DNA of 64,000 nucleotides from the human T2T-CHM13v2.0 reference genome, Homo sapiens. The position numbers were made by a program, and so were the translations under genes. The DNA is taken from assembly GCF_009914755.1 (NCBI RefSeq), contig NC_060926.1; one strand, 5' to 3'. This document shows positions 1 to 12,210 of this stretch, in pieces (position 1 is the stretch's first letter; the number at the start of each line of letters is the position of its first letter). Below the pieces are notes generated by a model. That model made no database searches, had not been told where the DNA came from, and saw only the letters and a program-made list of their open reading frames with translations.

Positions 1-231
1 CTTGTAATGTTCATTTCTGGAATATATAACATGTGTGTTGATCTCAATAAAGACTAGGAACATAGATTGCTGTGGTATATTTGGAATCATTGGGTGTATT
101 TCCATGTTGAAAAGTGAAAAAAATTAGTGCTGAATTAGGTAAAATGAATACATCTTAGTAGAATGAAGATGAGATATTAGCTGTGAAGGGCTTTTTGAAA
201 TTAGAACCTCAATGGTCAAGCTCTATGACTC

Positions 232-455
232 TAGTTAGGCAGATCCAGATTCAAATCCCAGCCCAGCTCTACCTCTGAATAAATATATAATATTGGACAA
301 GTTGTCTACATTTTCTCTAACCCAAATTCCCTTATTATGCAATGGAGACAGTAAAAATTCCTGTCTCTTAAGGTTGCTGTGAGGAATCAGTGATAAAATA
401 AATACAATGTGCTTATCAAAGGGCTATGAACATAGAAATTAAGTAGCTATTACTA
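232..455 (+). mobile_element. MIR SINE (degenerate)
   Basis: MIR core-like: 'ttcaaatcccagc...ttggacaagtt...aatggagaca gtaa...aggttgctgtgagga...tagctattact'. Confidence 0.65.
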
Positions 456-609
456 AAGAACTGTTATTACCACCATCATCATAATTATCTACTGCTACTG
501 CTAATATTACTATTTACCACACTGTTTTTAAATGCACTTCAAATTTATTAACAAAGGTAGTAGTTCTACCTTAATTACAAGTACAGGACTCCACATTTAA
601 TGCCTAAGG

Positions 610-784
610 TAGTAGCTCTCAACCTTTACTGTACTTGGAAGCGGGTGAGGGACCTAAAAAGTATGGATGCCTGGTTGCCACCCCTGAGGATCTGATGTCA
701 TTGCTCTGCAGTGTGGACCAAGCGTGGGGTTTGAAAAGCTCTCAGGTGATTATAATGTAGCACTAGGATGGGGGAAAACTGCTG
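610..784. mobile_element. MER5-type hAT-Charlie MITE
   Basis: Starts 'agtagctctcaacctt' and contains 'aaaagctctcaggtgattataatgt...aaactgctg', typical of MER5A/B termini. Confidence 0.6.
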
Positions 785-2140
785 AAGGCCTTCAGATTTC
801 AAATGATCAAGTGAGAGGCTGTTTGTTAACATTTGACTTATTCATTTATATGCACAATTCTGCCTGGCAGTTTGTGAAAAGTCAAAATAATCAAAATCAA
901 TTTCCATTAAGAGCACTATGCACACCCTAGCTAGGATTCGGGGACACCCTTTTTCTCTGCCATTCTCTATCTGCTAACTATAATAAAGGTTTTCATTATC
1001 AGTAAAAAACCACTTGTGACTCAAGCTAAAGTACCAGTGAATCCCATTCATGTCATATGAAGTAAAGATAAAATGAATCAGTACTCCCAGGGACTAACAT
1101 CCGGAGGTCAGTGAAGACCATTCTGCTCAGGAAAAAATAGATATGAGGCACATTATCTCCTCTCCCAAATATTGTGTTAATCTCTAAGTTTGATACATGT
1201 TAAGGATGAATACTTAAAAAGAAAGAAGCACGCAGTTCAACCCCCTGCACCAGCATGAGCTGAATCTCCAAGTGCCGTTGTGCTTTGTATTTTTTCGTCT
1301 TATTCTTCCTGATGAATGTAAAAACATTGCGGCTCACAATGCAACTAGGATAATCAATAAGGACCGTTACAAACAACCCAGGCATTTTAAAGCTCTCCAT
1401 AATTACAATGGAGACATAATTACATAAACATTTTAAAAACACACAGCAGTATTACTGTAGCACCTTAGCTTTAAAATCAGATCCTGGCTGAGTCCTATAT
1501 TTATGATTTATTAATTTTACTCACGATTTTCACATGAACATAGTTTTCAATGCTGAACAGACACAGGGCAGCACCATCATTGATGCAGTAGGCTGGACCA
1601 CGCCCCTCTCTGCTTACTCCACGTGTGTGCCGCAGGACAGCTAAGGATGGGGAACGGGAAGGCTGAAACTATTTTCTTCAGCTCTGTTTGAAAAGTAAAC
1701 AAATTGTATCACTTAGAAGAAAAATTCAAGAACTTCTGATTTCTCTTCAGGCCACTGTACCCGCACATCTGCTTGATTTTCAGTTCATTGAGAAGCCTAG
1801 TTTTGAGTTGTAAAGATTCAAGGACAATAGTAAGTCATATCTTTTGAACGATCTGAATAATAAGAATCGATGTCACCAGAATTTTACTCCATTCCATAAA
1901 TGTATAGATATAGATATAGATACTTCTTTTTTTTATTTCTGGCATTGGAACCAGGCTCTATGTCAAGAAAAAACTGAGTTAATAGTGCAATCAGGAATAC
2001 CTAAACTTATTTGCCACATGAGCAAACTTTGAGAAGATAGCCCACAGGGCACCAGACATTCAGGACTGGATCTGGCTGATTGATAGTGGACTCCCATCGG
2101 AAAGCCACTGACATTAACACAGATTCCCATCAATGTGTTT

Positions 2141-2215
2141 CTTACACATAATGTGTAATCATTACACATAATGTATAATCATTACACATAATGTGTAATC
2201 TTATACATAATGTGT
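2141..2215. repeat. Tandem array of 20-bp palindromic unit ATTACACATAATGTGTAATC (~3.7 copies)
   Basis: Directly visible repeats at 2141, 2161, 2181 and 2201; each unit has 9-bp inverted arms around one A. Confidence 0.9.
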
Positions 2216-2246
2216 TTCATTAGAAACAAAACACCTTGAGATAGGC

Positions 2247-2268
2247 TATATATATATATATATATATA
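2247..2268. repeat. (TA)n microsatellite
   Basis: Pure TA run. Confidence 0.9.
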
Positions 2269-2525
2269 TGGCAGGTCAACATAGTTGGTGGAAGATTAAT
2301 ATTGTTTCGTGGGTGGCCCTAATAAGTTGTCCAGGGTGTTACATGTCACTGACTGTGGAATTCCCTTGGATTTACCATTTACAGTGATACAGGCTATGAG
2401 TAGCAGTAGATGAAGACATGGTAGAATTGTTGGCACTGAACCCTGACTCAAAGATTCCTTCTCCACTGCCATTCCTAGGGCTTGAAATGAAGCTTTGGGG
2501 TCCCCAAGGCTCCCCTCTTAAGATA

Positions 2526-3102
2526 TGTGGAAAATCAGAATATGCCACCTCAAAATATGCCTCTTTTGCCTAAGGATTGTTGAGCTCAAGGCCATTAAGA
2601 AACAGCAGATACAAGAGTGCTCTCTGCACTACCTCTGTTTGCCTAAACGTAGGGAATTGATTTACAAAGACCAAAGATATTCCACCTCCCTTTCTACAAG
2701 TAAAAACAAAGGTTAACCCCCTTAAGGCAAGTTTAGACCCTTTCTGGCTTGGAGAACAGCGGAAAAACTCCACACTAACAAAGTTCCCTAACTAGCCCGC
2801 AACTGCCAGTTACCTGCCTTCCCCAAGGGTTGCCACCCCTAGGGACTCAGATTTCTTTCCCTTGCCCTGTCGTTTCTCTAAAAATGTACTGCTCTTTGTT
2901 GAGGATGCTGCGTAAGCTGGAAATCAGAGCCATCTGACTGAAAATTCTCACTCCCTAGGTATCTCTCATGTATATGTGAAATATGCATGTTAATAAACTT
3001 CTGTTTGTTTTTCACTTGTTAGTCTGTCTTTTGTTACAGGGGTTCATTCCAATGAAAAACTCATGATAATTGAGGAAAAAAGTGTTTTTCTTCTCCCACT
3101 AG
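2526..3102 (+). mobile_element. ERV1 solo LTR, MER34 family
   Basis: 5' 'tg...atcagaatatgccacctcaaaatatgcc...taaggatt..tgagctcaaggc'; 3' 'aataaacttctgtttgtttt...ctgtcttttgttacagggg'. Confidence 0.75.
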
Positions 3103-4544
3103 ATGCAAATGCTACAGGAAAGAAAAAGAAAAGGAAATGGGAGCAAAGTAAAACAAAAACATTTCCATATTCAATTTCCAGCAAATTGAGGCATAGAACC
3201 TCGTCACTGACTTGTCACTTCGTTGGAAAATACAATTGCATATCTAGACCTTGCCTTCCAAGCTGAGCCACTCAACTTGCTGCACGCACTAATATTTCTG
3301 CTCTGTTGCTGTCTCTCTCTCAGTGGCAGAGACTATTTTTTCATCTCAATATCCCCAGTGCCAAGTAAAAGCACTATGACTTATTAGATGCTGAAAGCGT
3401 GTTGAACTAAACCATCTATGTTAAAAATAGCAACGTTACCCTCCTCCCTGTGTAGATCACTATAGATAATGCCATTCAAACTTTAAGATAATGCTGTGTA
3501 TATTGTCCTTGCTTTCATGGGGAAAAACTCAACACTGCCCTTCAGCAAAGGGCCAGGTTGCTTCTCATCACAGACCTGGGGCTTCCATATGTTACTTTCC
3601 CACTGTGTTTCACTGAAGAATGATGGGAAAGCCATGGCAAAGCGTGCAGAATGCAGAGCTGAGGTTAGCACTTCGATTGCAATTTTATCTTTCCTATGTT
3701 CCTCAATTTTCTGAGACGCTGTATCTTTTACAAGAAAAACTTTTTTTCACCGTGATCATTTTCAAATGTAGATTTTCTCTTCCAGAGTTTCTCCAATGTG
3801 CTGAATTCTGCATTCTTGCAAGTAAGGTATTGCAGCTTGAAAATGTGCTACATGGCATTTTCCTGAATTCTACATAGTTGTTAGTGTTGTGGCAAATCTA
3901 TAAAATGCCATACTATATGTTTTGTTTTTTGAAGCTCTGGCACTCTCATTTATAAAGATGCCTTTGCTTCCAATGTGCACTGTATATTTTAACTCAGAGA
4001 GGCATGAGTTTCCTGGAAGTCAGAGCGACTTAGCTGGTTATCTCACTTATAGCATGGGGACCCACAGAGAAACCCAGGAGATTTCTAGTAGTTCGGCATT
4101 ACTTTGGCATAAAACTTGTTGGGCCAAAGGATGTAGGGAACTTGATTTCTTTCTGGGTAAATGTGAAAACTCATTTATTAGTTTCTCTGCACCAATGCCT
4201 ACACATAAAACATTGTTTCAAATGACAGAGGCCGTCATCGTGTGGAGCAAAAACAGTCCTCCTCTTTACTCCTTTCTGTAGCATCTTCTCTTCATCTCAG
4301 CATATTCCTACCTCTCAGAGACATGGCATGGGACCTAGGCTAGAGAAAGCAAAATGTTTCCATTAACTTCTGCAGATTTTCTGTGCCCATCAGAGTTTCT
4401 GAGAATCAGAGAGGATAAGTCATCTCCTTGGGCAGGAGTCTCTCACTATCCTAGAAAAGGTGAGAAACTGTGATTTGGAGGTGCATATCTTTGGCGCCAA
4501 ATAGCTGATGGGTGGACAAATATCTTGAATACTGTCTTACTCTA

Positions 4545-5105
4545 CTACTATTCAACCTAGCAATCCCCTCACTGGGTATATACCCAGAGGGAAATAATTT
4601 ATTCTATCAGAAGGATACATGTACTCATAGGTTCATTGCAGAGTGATTTACAATAGCAGGGACATGGAGTCAACCTAAGTGCCCATCAACAGTGGATTGA
4701 ATGAAGAAAACGTGGTATACTTATACCATGAACCACTATGCAACCATAAGAAAGAATACAATCATGTCCTTTCCAGCAACATAAATGGAGCTGGAGGTCA
4801 TTATGCTAAGTGACCAAACTAGCATAAGAATAGAAAACCAAATATGGCATGTTCTCACCTATAAGAGGGAGCTAAGCATTGAATAAACATGAACATAAAC
4901 ATGAGAACAATAAATACTGGGGATCACTAGATGGAGATTGGAGGTAGAGAGGATGTAGGCTGAAGAACCACCTATTGGAAACTATGCTTACTGCCTGGGT
5001 GACTAAAGCATTGGAACCCCAAGCCTCAATGTCATAAAATTTACCCATGAAACAAAACTCCACATATACCCTTTAATCTAGAATAAACTTTGAAATAAAA
5101 AAAAA
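4545..5105 (+). mobile_element. L1 3' end (old primate L1PA15/16-L1PB type), 5'-truncated
   Basis: ORF2 C-terminal/3'UTR motifs 'caatccc..actgggtatataccc', 'caacctaagtgcccatcaac', 'ggaggtcattatgctaagtga'; ends in AATAAA and A-tail. Confidence 0.85.
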
Positions 5106-5419
5106 TAGACTTCAAAGATCTGCACCATACACATAGCAGACAAAATTACAAATTGTGTAAATACCAGTTTTTACCATAAAAATCACTGGATGGTAGATGT
5201 ACAAAAAAGAACATTAGCCAGGATTGAAAAGTCTGGGTTTGAATCCTAGTGTGAAATTCAGATTCACAATAGTTTAGTTCAGCACCTGTTCGCAAGCAAG
5301 AGAGAACAGGTGCTTCGGGACATATTGTTCATATATGTTCTAATTAATCTAGGCACTCTATTTGTAAGCCAATGGGGCATATCCGCACAGTCTAGCATAT
5401 TGATTAAGTGCATGAGCAA

Positions 5420-5580
5420 GATATAAAGACTAGCTCTGTACTCACAAGCCGTGTGATCTAAGCTACTGAGTAGATTTTCTTCATCAATAAAATATTCCTC
5501 ATAACTCCGTCTGCAATGATGATTATGAGGATAAATGAAAAGGAAAGCATAGAAGAACTTAACAGTGGCAGCTATTATTT
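5420..5580 (+). mobile_element. MIR fragment
   Basis: 'ctagctctgtactcacaagccgtgtgatct...ttttcttcatc...gattatgaggataaatgaaa...gctattatt'. Confidence 0.5.
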
Positions 5581-5859
5581 TGGGATAACTATTGTACTAG
5601 ATCCTCCTCCTATGCTGAATATGTGTTGCTGCTGCTGCTCTCATTCTATTTTGTCTTACCGCCCAGCTCTTCACCTTCTAGTTTCAGAACCCAAATCTCT
5701 TCCCTCAGTAAAACACCCTCTCAGGAAATGGAACTATGGGAAATGTACTGGAACCTGAAAATGAGATCACCCAATTTTCAGGTTCCAGGTCTGGGCTTTC
5801 GAGCCATGACTGGAATTCTGAAAATTCTAAGTATACATTAACTAAATGTTAGTCCAATA

Positions 5860-6221
5860 AAAGGACCTATTCAGCAGCCATGAGAACTGCCTCAGTCATG
5901 GTCATGGGACCAAAGCCAGTTCACCAAGGCTTCCCTTTGCTTTTGCTGAGAATGTTGGGAAAGGATCATTGCCTCCATGCTGAGACTTCCTGCTAATTGT
6001 GAAGAATGTAAACTCGGAGCTGCTGATGGGCGTAGACGATGTACATGCATGAGTCTGCAGGAAGGCAATCTTACTTGGAAGAATGATAAAGACCACCAGG
6101 ATCCATTGAATTTCTACCTCGAACATCTCAGTTTCTTGATGTATTCTATTTCATTTTTTATTTAAGTCAAATTGAGTAGGTTTCTGTCATTTGTCACTAA
6201 GAGAGTTATGGCTAAAATACT
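5860..6221 (+). mobile_element. Old MaLR LTR (MLT1J/K-like) 3' part
   Basis: 3' terminus 'ttaagtcaaattgagtaggtttctgtcatttgtcactaagagagttatggctaaaatac' resembles the MLT1J/K end. Confidence 0.5.
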
Positions 6222-6404
6222 TTTATTACATATCCCTCTTTTAAAACAAGACCAGGCCATTTAATATTTGTTTCTTGTTCAGAATTCTTCTCCTGTCCTT
6301 TGACCTTGATGTTAGAAGCTGGCCTCCCAAATGCCTGTGTCCAGACGGCTTAGGTGGGACTTAGGTTGGACACAAGTTTATGATTCTCCTAGTTCAGTAT
6401 TTCC

Positions 6405-8432
6405 TGAAGCATTTATTCCATTGTAAGCAAGCTTATTATTAATTTATATGAAAATACAAAGGCCACAGGATAGCTAAAAATAACCTTCAAAATGAAAAAG
6501 AAAGTGGAAAAAATCACTCCACCCAATATTAAAGTCTATTATATAGCTGCATTAATTGAGACAGTGTGGTATTGGCAGAGAGATAAACACATAAATCGAT
6601 TGAACAGAACAGAAAATCCAGAAATTGACCAAAATTAATATGACCAACTGTTTTTTGTTGAAAGTGCTAAGGCAATGCATTTATAAATGAATACCCTTTT
6701 TAACAAATGGTGCTGGAGCAGTTTAATATTTAGAGTTAAAAAAAATAATTTTGACCTAAACTTCACACCTCATATAATAATTAACTCAAAGTAGATCTTG
6801 TACTTAAATATAAAATGTAACCTGATGAAACTTTTAGATAAAACATAAGAGGAAACCTCAGAGATTGACAGCTGGGCAATACGTTCTTAGACTTGACACC
6901 AAAACAAATAATCTACAGAAGGACAAAGTAGTAAATTAGACTTCATCAAAATGAAAATCTTTGGCTCTGTAGAAAACCCCATTAACAGGATTAAAAAGGC
7001 AAGCAATAGACTAGGAGAAAACACTTGTAAACTACATAGCTGTTAAGAATGAGTATCTAGAATAGATGAAATCTCAAAGCTTAATAGTAAAAGTACAAAT
7101 ATTCCAATTACGAAGTGGGCCAAAAGACATGAAGAGACATTTCACCAAAGAGGATTGTGTAAACGCTCAATAAACACGTGAAATAAAAACATGTTCAGGA
7201 TCACTGGCTGTTAGTGCACTTGTGCCTCCATAATAGCACCCACCATTGACTGGCAGCTTAAACAGCAGACATTTATTTTCTCACAGTTCTGGGGCTGGAA
7301 GCCCAAGATCAAGCAGGACTGAATTCTCCTGAGGTATCTCTCTTGGGCTTCATGATGGCCACCCTCCTGCGTCCTCTGCAGATGGCTGCCCCTCTGGAGA
7401 TGTCTCTCTGGTGTCCTCATCCCCTCTTCTTATAAAGGCTCAAATCAGATTGGATTAGGGCCCATACCAAAGACCTCATTTTGACTTAATTACTTCTTTC
7501 AAGGACCTGTCTCCAAATATAACCACATTCTTAGATACTGGGGGTTAGGGTTTCAACATATGAATTTTGGAGAAACATGATTCAGCCCATAATGTTGGCC
7601 ATTAGTGCAATGAAAATTAAAACCACAGTAAGACATCACTACACACCTATGAAAACATCTAAAATAAAAAACGGTGAGGACACCCAAGGCTAGCGAGGAT
7701 GCTGATAAACGGGATCACAAATACGTGGCTGGTGGGAGTGTAAAATGGACATGCACTCTGGAAAAAAGTTTGGAAGGTTTTTATTTTTTAATTGTTGTTT
7801 AGCTAAACATGCAACAACCATATAAACCCAGTAATGCACATTAGGCATTTATCCCAGAGAAGAGAAAAACTGTGTTCATACAAATACCCATACACAAATA
7901 TCAATGATTGTTTTATTCTTAATAGCCAAGAATAAGAAGCAACCTAGATGTCCTTATACAGGCGACTGTTTAAACAGACTGTGTTGCAACTCTACCGTGA
8001 ATATGACTCAGCAAACACAATGAGCAGACAATTGATGCAAGCAACCACCTGAATTCCTTTCCTGAAATTTGTGCTGAGTAAGTAAAACCCCTCCCAGAAG
8101 GATTGTATGTAACATTTGAAACGTGTTTATAACATCTGAAATCAGACAATTGTAGAAACGAAAAACAGATTATTAATTGCCGAGGGTTACAGAGAAAAAT
8201 GCAGGCAGGGAGCAAGTGGGTGTGGTAAAGGGCAACTGGAAGGACCTTGTAGGGTGGAAATTTCTACTTCTTGGAAGTGTTCTGTATCAATGGCTGTGAC
8301 ACTGCCGGACAGTTTTTCAAGATGTTGCCTTCAGGGAAAATTCGGTAAAAGGTGGAGGGGATCTCTATGTCTTATCTCTGATAGTTATGTGTTAACCTAC
8401 AAATATCTCCAAATTAAAAATACAATTAAAAT
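6405..8432 (+). mobile_element. L1MC-type LINE 3' portion (ORF2 remnant + 3'UTR), split by MLT1B
   Basis: Degenerate ORF2 motifs ('aagacagtgtggtattggc', 'aacaaatggtgctgga', 'aaattagacttcatcaaaat', 'gacatttcaccaaagagga') and L1MC-like 3' end 'gggatctctatgtcttat...aaaaa'. Confidence 0.8.
7209..7594 (-). mobile_element. MLT1B-like MaLR solo LTR nested in L1
   Basis: 'atttattttctcacagttctggggctggaagcccaagatcaag', 'gattggattagggccca', 'gttagggtttcaacatatgaatttt'; 5-bp TSD ctggc/ttggc; L1 sequence resumes in register. Confidence 0.85.
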
Positions 8433-9652
8433 ATCCTTGATTGTACAAGGAACTACTAAAGAATGTACTTTAGCAAGACACTGACCTCACATGGAAGAGA
8501 GCATTTTTTCCTATGCTTTGAAATATTTCAGAAAAAAACTTTTAGAAAAAGGGCACGTTTATCAGCTACTAACTTTAAAACAAAACTTGTAGGATTATGC
8601 TGTCAGAGAAATTTTGGAGATCTTTCAAAATTCTTATTTTACCAACCAAAAAATAAATGAATACTTGGAGTAAATGTATTCACCAAGATCACATAGTGAA
8701 TGGGCAACTGAACCAGGACGACGTCTCCCAGCTCCCTGACCACAGTGACTGCTATCACACCACATTGTCTGATCTGGCTAAGCTTGATAATTAACTATTC
8801 TTAAATTTAATTTATAATATTTTTTCGTTTTAATTAGTTAATTACCTACATAATGGCCTTCTCTGCATTGGAGGCTGATATAATTTGATGGATATTAGGG
8901 AAATTAAACCTTGAAAATCCATAGCCTGCCCAGTTGGGGATACAGTGAGGAAGTGTTGGGGACAGGCACCACCCACAGGTTGTATGAGCCCAACTAGGGT
9001 GACGCAGGGACTCTGAAAGTCACACAGCTCTGCAGCTGAGATGAGCCACTCCAGCTTCATTGTCACCAGCTACACAGGGAGGGACTTGGTCGGGACCTAT
9101 ATGCTCAACGTGCATTATCCTGCTTTATGCTGGCGCATCTAAGATCTCTACCGTGACTCCAGGAAGATGGGACGCAAAAAAGGGAAAATGAGACCATGGC
9201 TATTATTATTTGAAGAAAGCTGTTTGTTACAAAGCAAAAGGGGAAGACCTTGCCTGTCTATAAATTGATGGTAAGAAAATGTTGACCTATATTGACTTTA
9301 AGTTAATGTCTACAACTAAAGTCTTGTAATTTCACTAACCATTCCTAATAAAAATACATCTAAAAGCTTAATTCTGCCTGCTACGGCACATATGGGACAG
9401 CTATGTTCCTCACGGCCTCTAAAAAGGGTACGATGCCCGATTCAGCTGAAGAGAAGGTTCTAGGATTTATGTACATAAGCTCTAAGCTTAAAAAGACTGG
9501 CCTCAGTTATTCTCCATGTTGTACCCAGGTGCCATAAGTTCATAGTTAGTTTTTTATAACTCTTATGCTTTGTGGGCAGCTTACTTATACTCATTATTTC
9601 TTATCAGGACGTTTACATTGAATACACGGAGAGCAGTCTGTTACTCAAAGGA

Positions 9653-9910
9653 ACACACACAGAGATGCACACACAGCAGATGCGTACATGGGCACACACA
9701 CATACACATACACAAATATACATGCAGATGCACACACAGATGCAGATCCAGATGGGTAGACATATCCACACAGACGGATGCACACACAGATGCACACAGG
9801 TACACACACATACACATACACAAACACACAATTGCAGATGCACACAGGTACCACACACACACATACACAAATATACACACAGATGCAGATACACATGAAT
9901 ACACACACAT
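9653..9910. repeat. CA-rich compound simple repeat (CACACAGATG/CATA variants)
   Basis: Alternating purine-pyrimidine tract; explains the HT/CV-rich ORFs in this interval. Confidence 0.9.
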
Positions 9911-10146
9911 AATTGCGAAATGTCTATTTCTAAGGGTTTTTATTCACTAAATATGCTGTGCCAAATACTCATTGAACTCGCAAATTGATGCTATAAAATG
10001 AAAAATTTTAAGCAGCTCATTAACATTTCTCCATTTACCCATTCATGAGATCTAGTTATGAGTTAATATTAAGTACATAGTAGAGTGAAGTTTACATTGA
10101 AAATGGGAACAGTAAGCTTTAACAAGGTTGAAAATCTTCTCTATAT

Positions 10147-10476
10147 GCTATAGAAGGAGTGTTCCTCCGTAATTTATACACTGAAATCTTAACCCCAATG
10201 GAAGGATGTCAGGAGACATGCAATTTGGGAGATCCTTAGATCATGAGGATGGAGCCTCCATGAGAGGGACTGGGGTCATTATAAGAAGAGAAACAAGAGA
10301 GCTCGCTGTCTCTTCTCTGCCCTGGGAGATGACCGTCGATGAACAGGGAGCAGAAGCACCTCAGGCTTTAAGTCCTGATCTTGGACTCCCCAGTTCGCAT
10401 GACATATGAGAAATAAGTGTTTGCTGTTTAAACCATCTATGGCATTTTGTTAGAACAACCTGAATGGACTAAAATG
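10147..10476 (+). mobile_element. MLT1A-like MaLR solo LTR
   Basis: 'tgaaatcttaaccccaatg...tttgggag..ttagatcatgaggatggagcc...ttataagaagag...tgatcttggactccccag...gagaaataagtgtttgctgtttaa...tggactaaaa'. Confidence 0.8.
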
Positions 10477-11189
10477 TATTATAAGGCAGAAAATGAGGGG
10501 TGAAATCATGGCTTGAACTCCTATCTGCCCAACCCCAAGGCCCACCTCCTCTGCCATCTTGCTCCCATAATGGGCTCTTACTAAGGGTCTCCATGTGCCA
10601 GGCACTGTGGTATCAACTCACCTCTCTCCAGTGTCAATGCCATTTTCTGAATAATACAAATAAAATTACTAGAATCTTATTTTCTCTAAGCAGAATGAAA
10701 ATGGATAGGTTACAGGAATGATGGATTATTTAAAAATGACCTACACTCTAAACTTTTACTTGCTTTGTATGCGTTGCAAAATGGTATTTTGGGTAAATAA
10801 TTATGTTGCATGAGTGTCTTCATGAGCATTAGTATTCTCTTCTAAAATATGGCTTTGTCATTCATTATCTTTGAATTAAGAATAAGTCTTTCATCTCTTT
10901 TTTCTCTTATCTTTTCTCTAGTTAAAAAAAAAAGAAGAAAGAAAAAGAAAACTCTCCACCATTAATATACTCCTCTTCCAAGATAGGAATAATAAATCTT
11001 GAAGTGGTTCATTAAATATTAAATACTTATTTCAGTTGTTTCTTCTGATTTTGGAATGCATTTTGGAATGCATTTGGAAACATACAAAATACTTCTAAAT
11101 GGTCAGTTTTACTGATTACACAGTGTTTATACTTGAGGGAAATGATGATTTTGTCACATTTGCTGTGGCTCATCCAAAGACAGGCATTT

Positions 11190-11598
<409 letters not shown>

Positions 11599-11849
11599 TC
11601 ATACTTTTGTCAGCCAGTGTTTGCCTTTCAATTACCTAGATCTCCTGAGAGCCGGCTGACATGTACATGTACTCAGAACCGTATGTAACTCTACGAATAA
11701 CACAAAATGGCCCTATGAAGATGGGGAATACTAAAAGCCCTCCATAAGTGTATGACACTTGGGTAAACTTTTCAAGCTTCTGACAGTCATTGCCAAGATA
11801 CCCTGTCTGTTCTGACCTTGTACGGTTGCTACTGCCACACCCTCACCTC

Positions 11850-12210
11850 TGCACTTTTGGGCTCACTACTCTCAGACTTTTCAAGAACATTATGTTTCTA
11901 CCGTCACAGCTGTGCACAAGCTATCTTCCTGGCTAGAAATCCTCTCCCTCAGAATCTACCAGGTACTTCCTACTCATCTTGCAGAGCCAGCTCTGGTGTT
12001 CCTCCATCTTCCTTCTCCTGATAGCCACCATCGGGCTTTACACCTTGTTATCTAATGAATGAAGAATCTGTATGATAATGATTTTGGTGTGTCCCCCCAT
12101 CTGAGCTCTTTTAGGATTCTGTGAATTCTTTAGGAACAGGAGGTATTTTTTTTTTTTTTAATTTTCAATGGCTGAAAGCATCTAATAGATAATAGTTACC
12201 ATAAGTTGAA
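11850..12210 (+). mobile_element. L2 3' fragment
   Basis: 'tgtgcacaagctatcttcctggctagaaatcctctcc...tcctactcatcttgcaga'; highly degenerate. Confidence 0.45.

Noticed and set aside
2141-2215. CRISPR-like palindromic repeats
   Set aside because: The units are directly adjacent with no unique spacers, no cas genes are present, and the DNA is primate.
9570-9950. His/Thr- and Cys/Val-rich ORFs on both strands
   Set aside because: These are translations of a CA-rich simple repeat, not metal-binding proteins.
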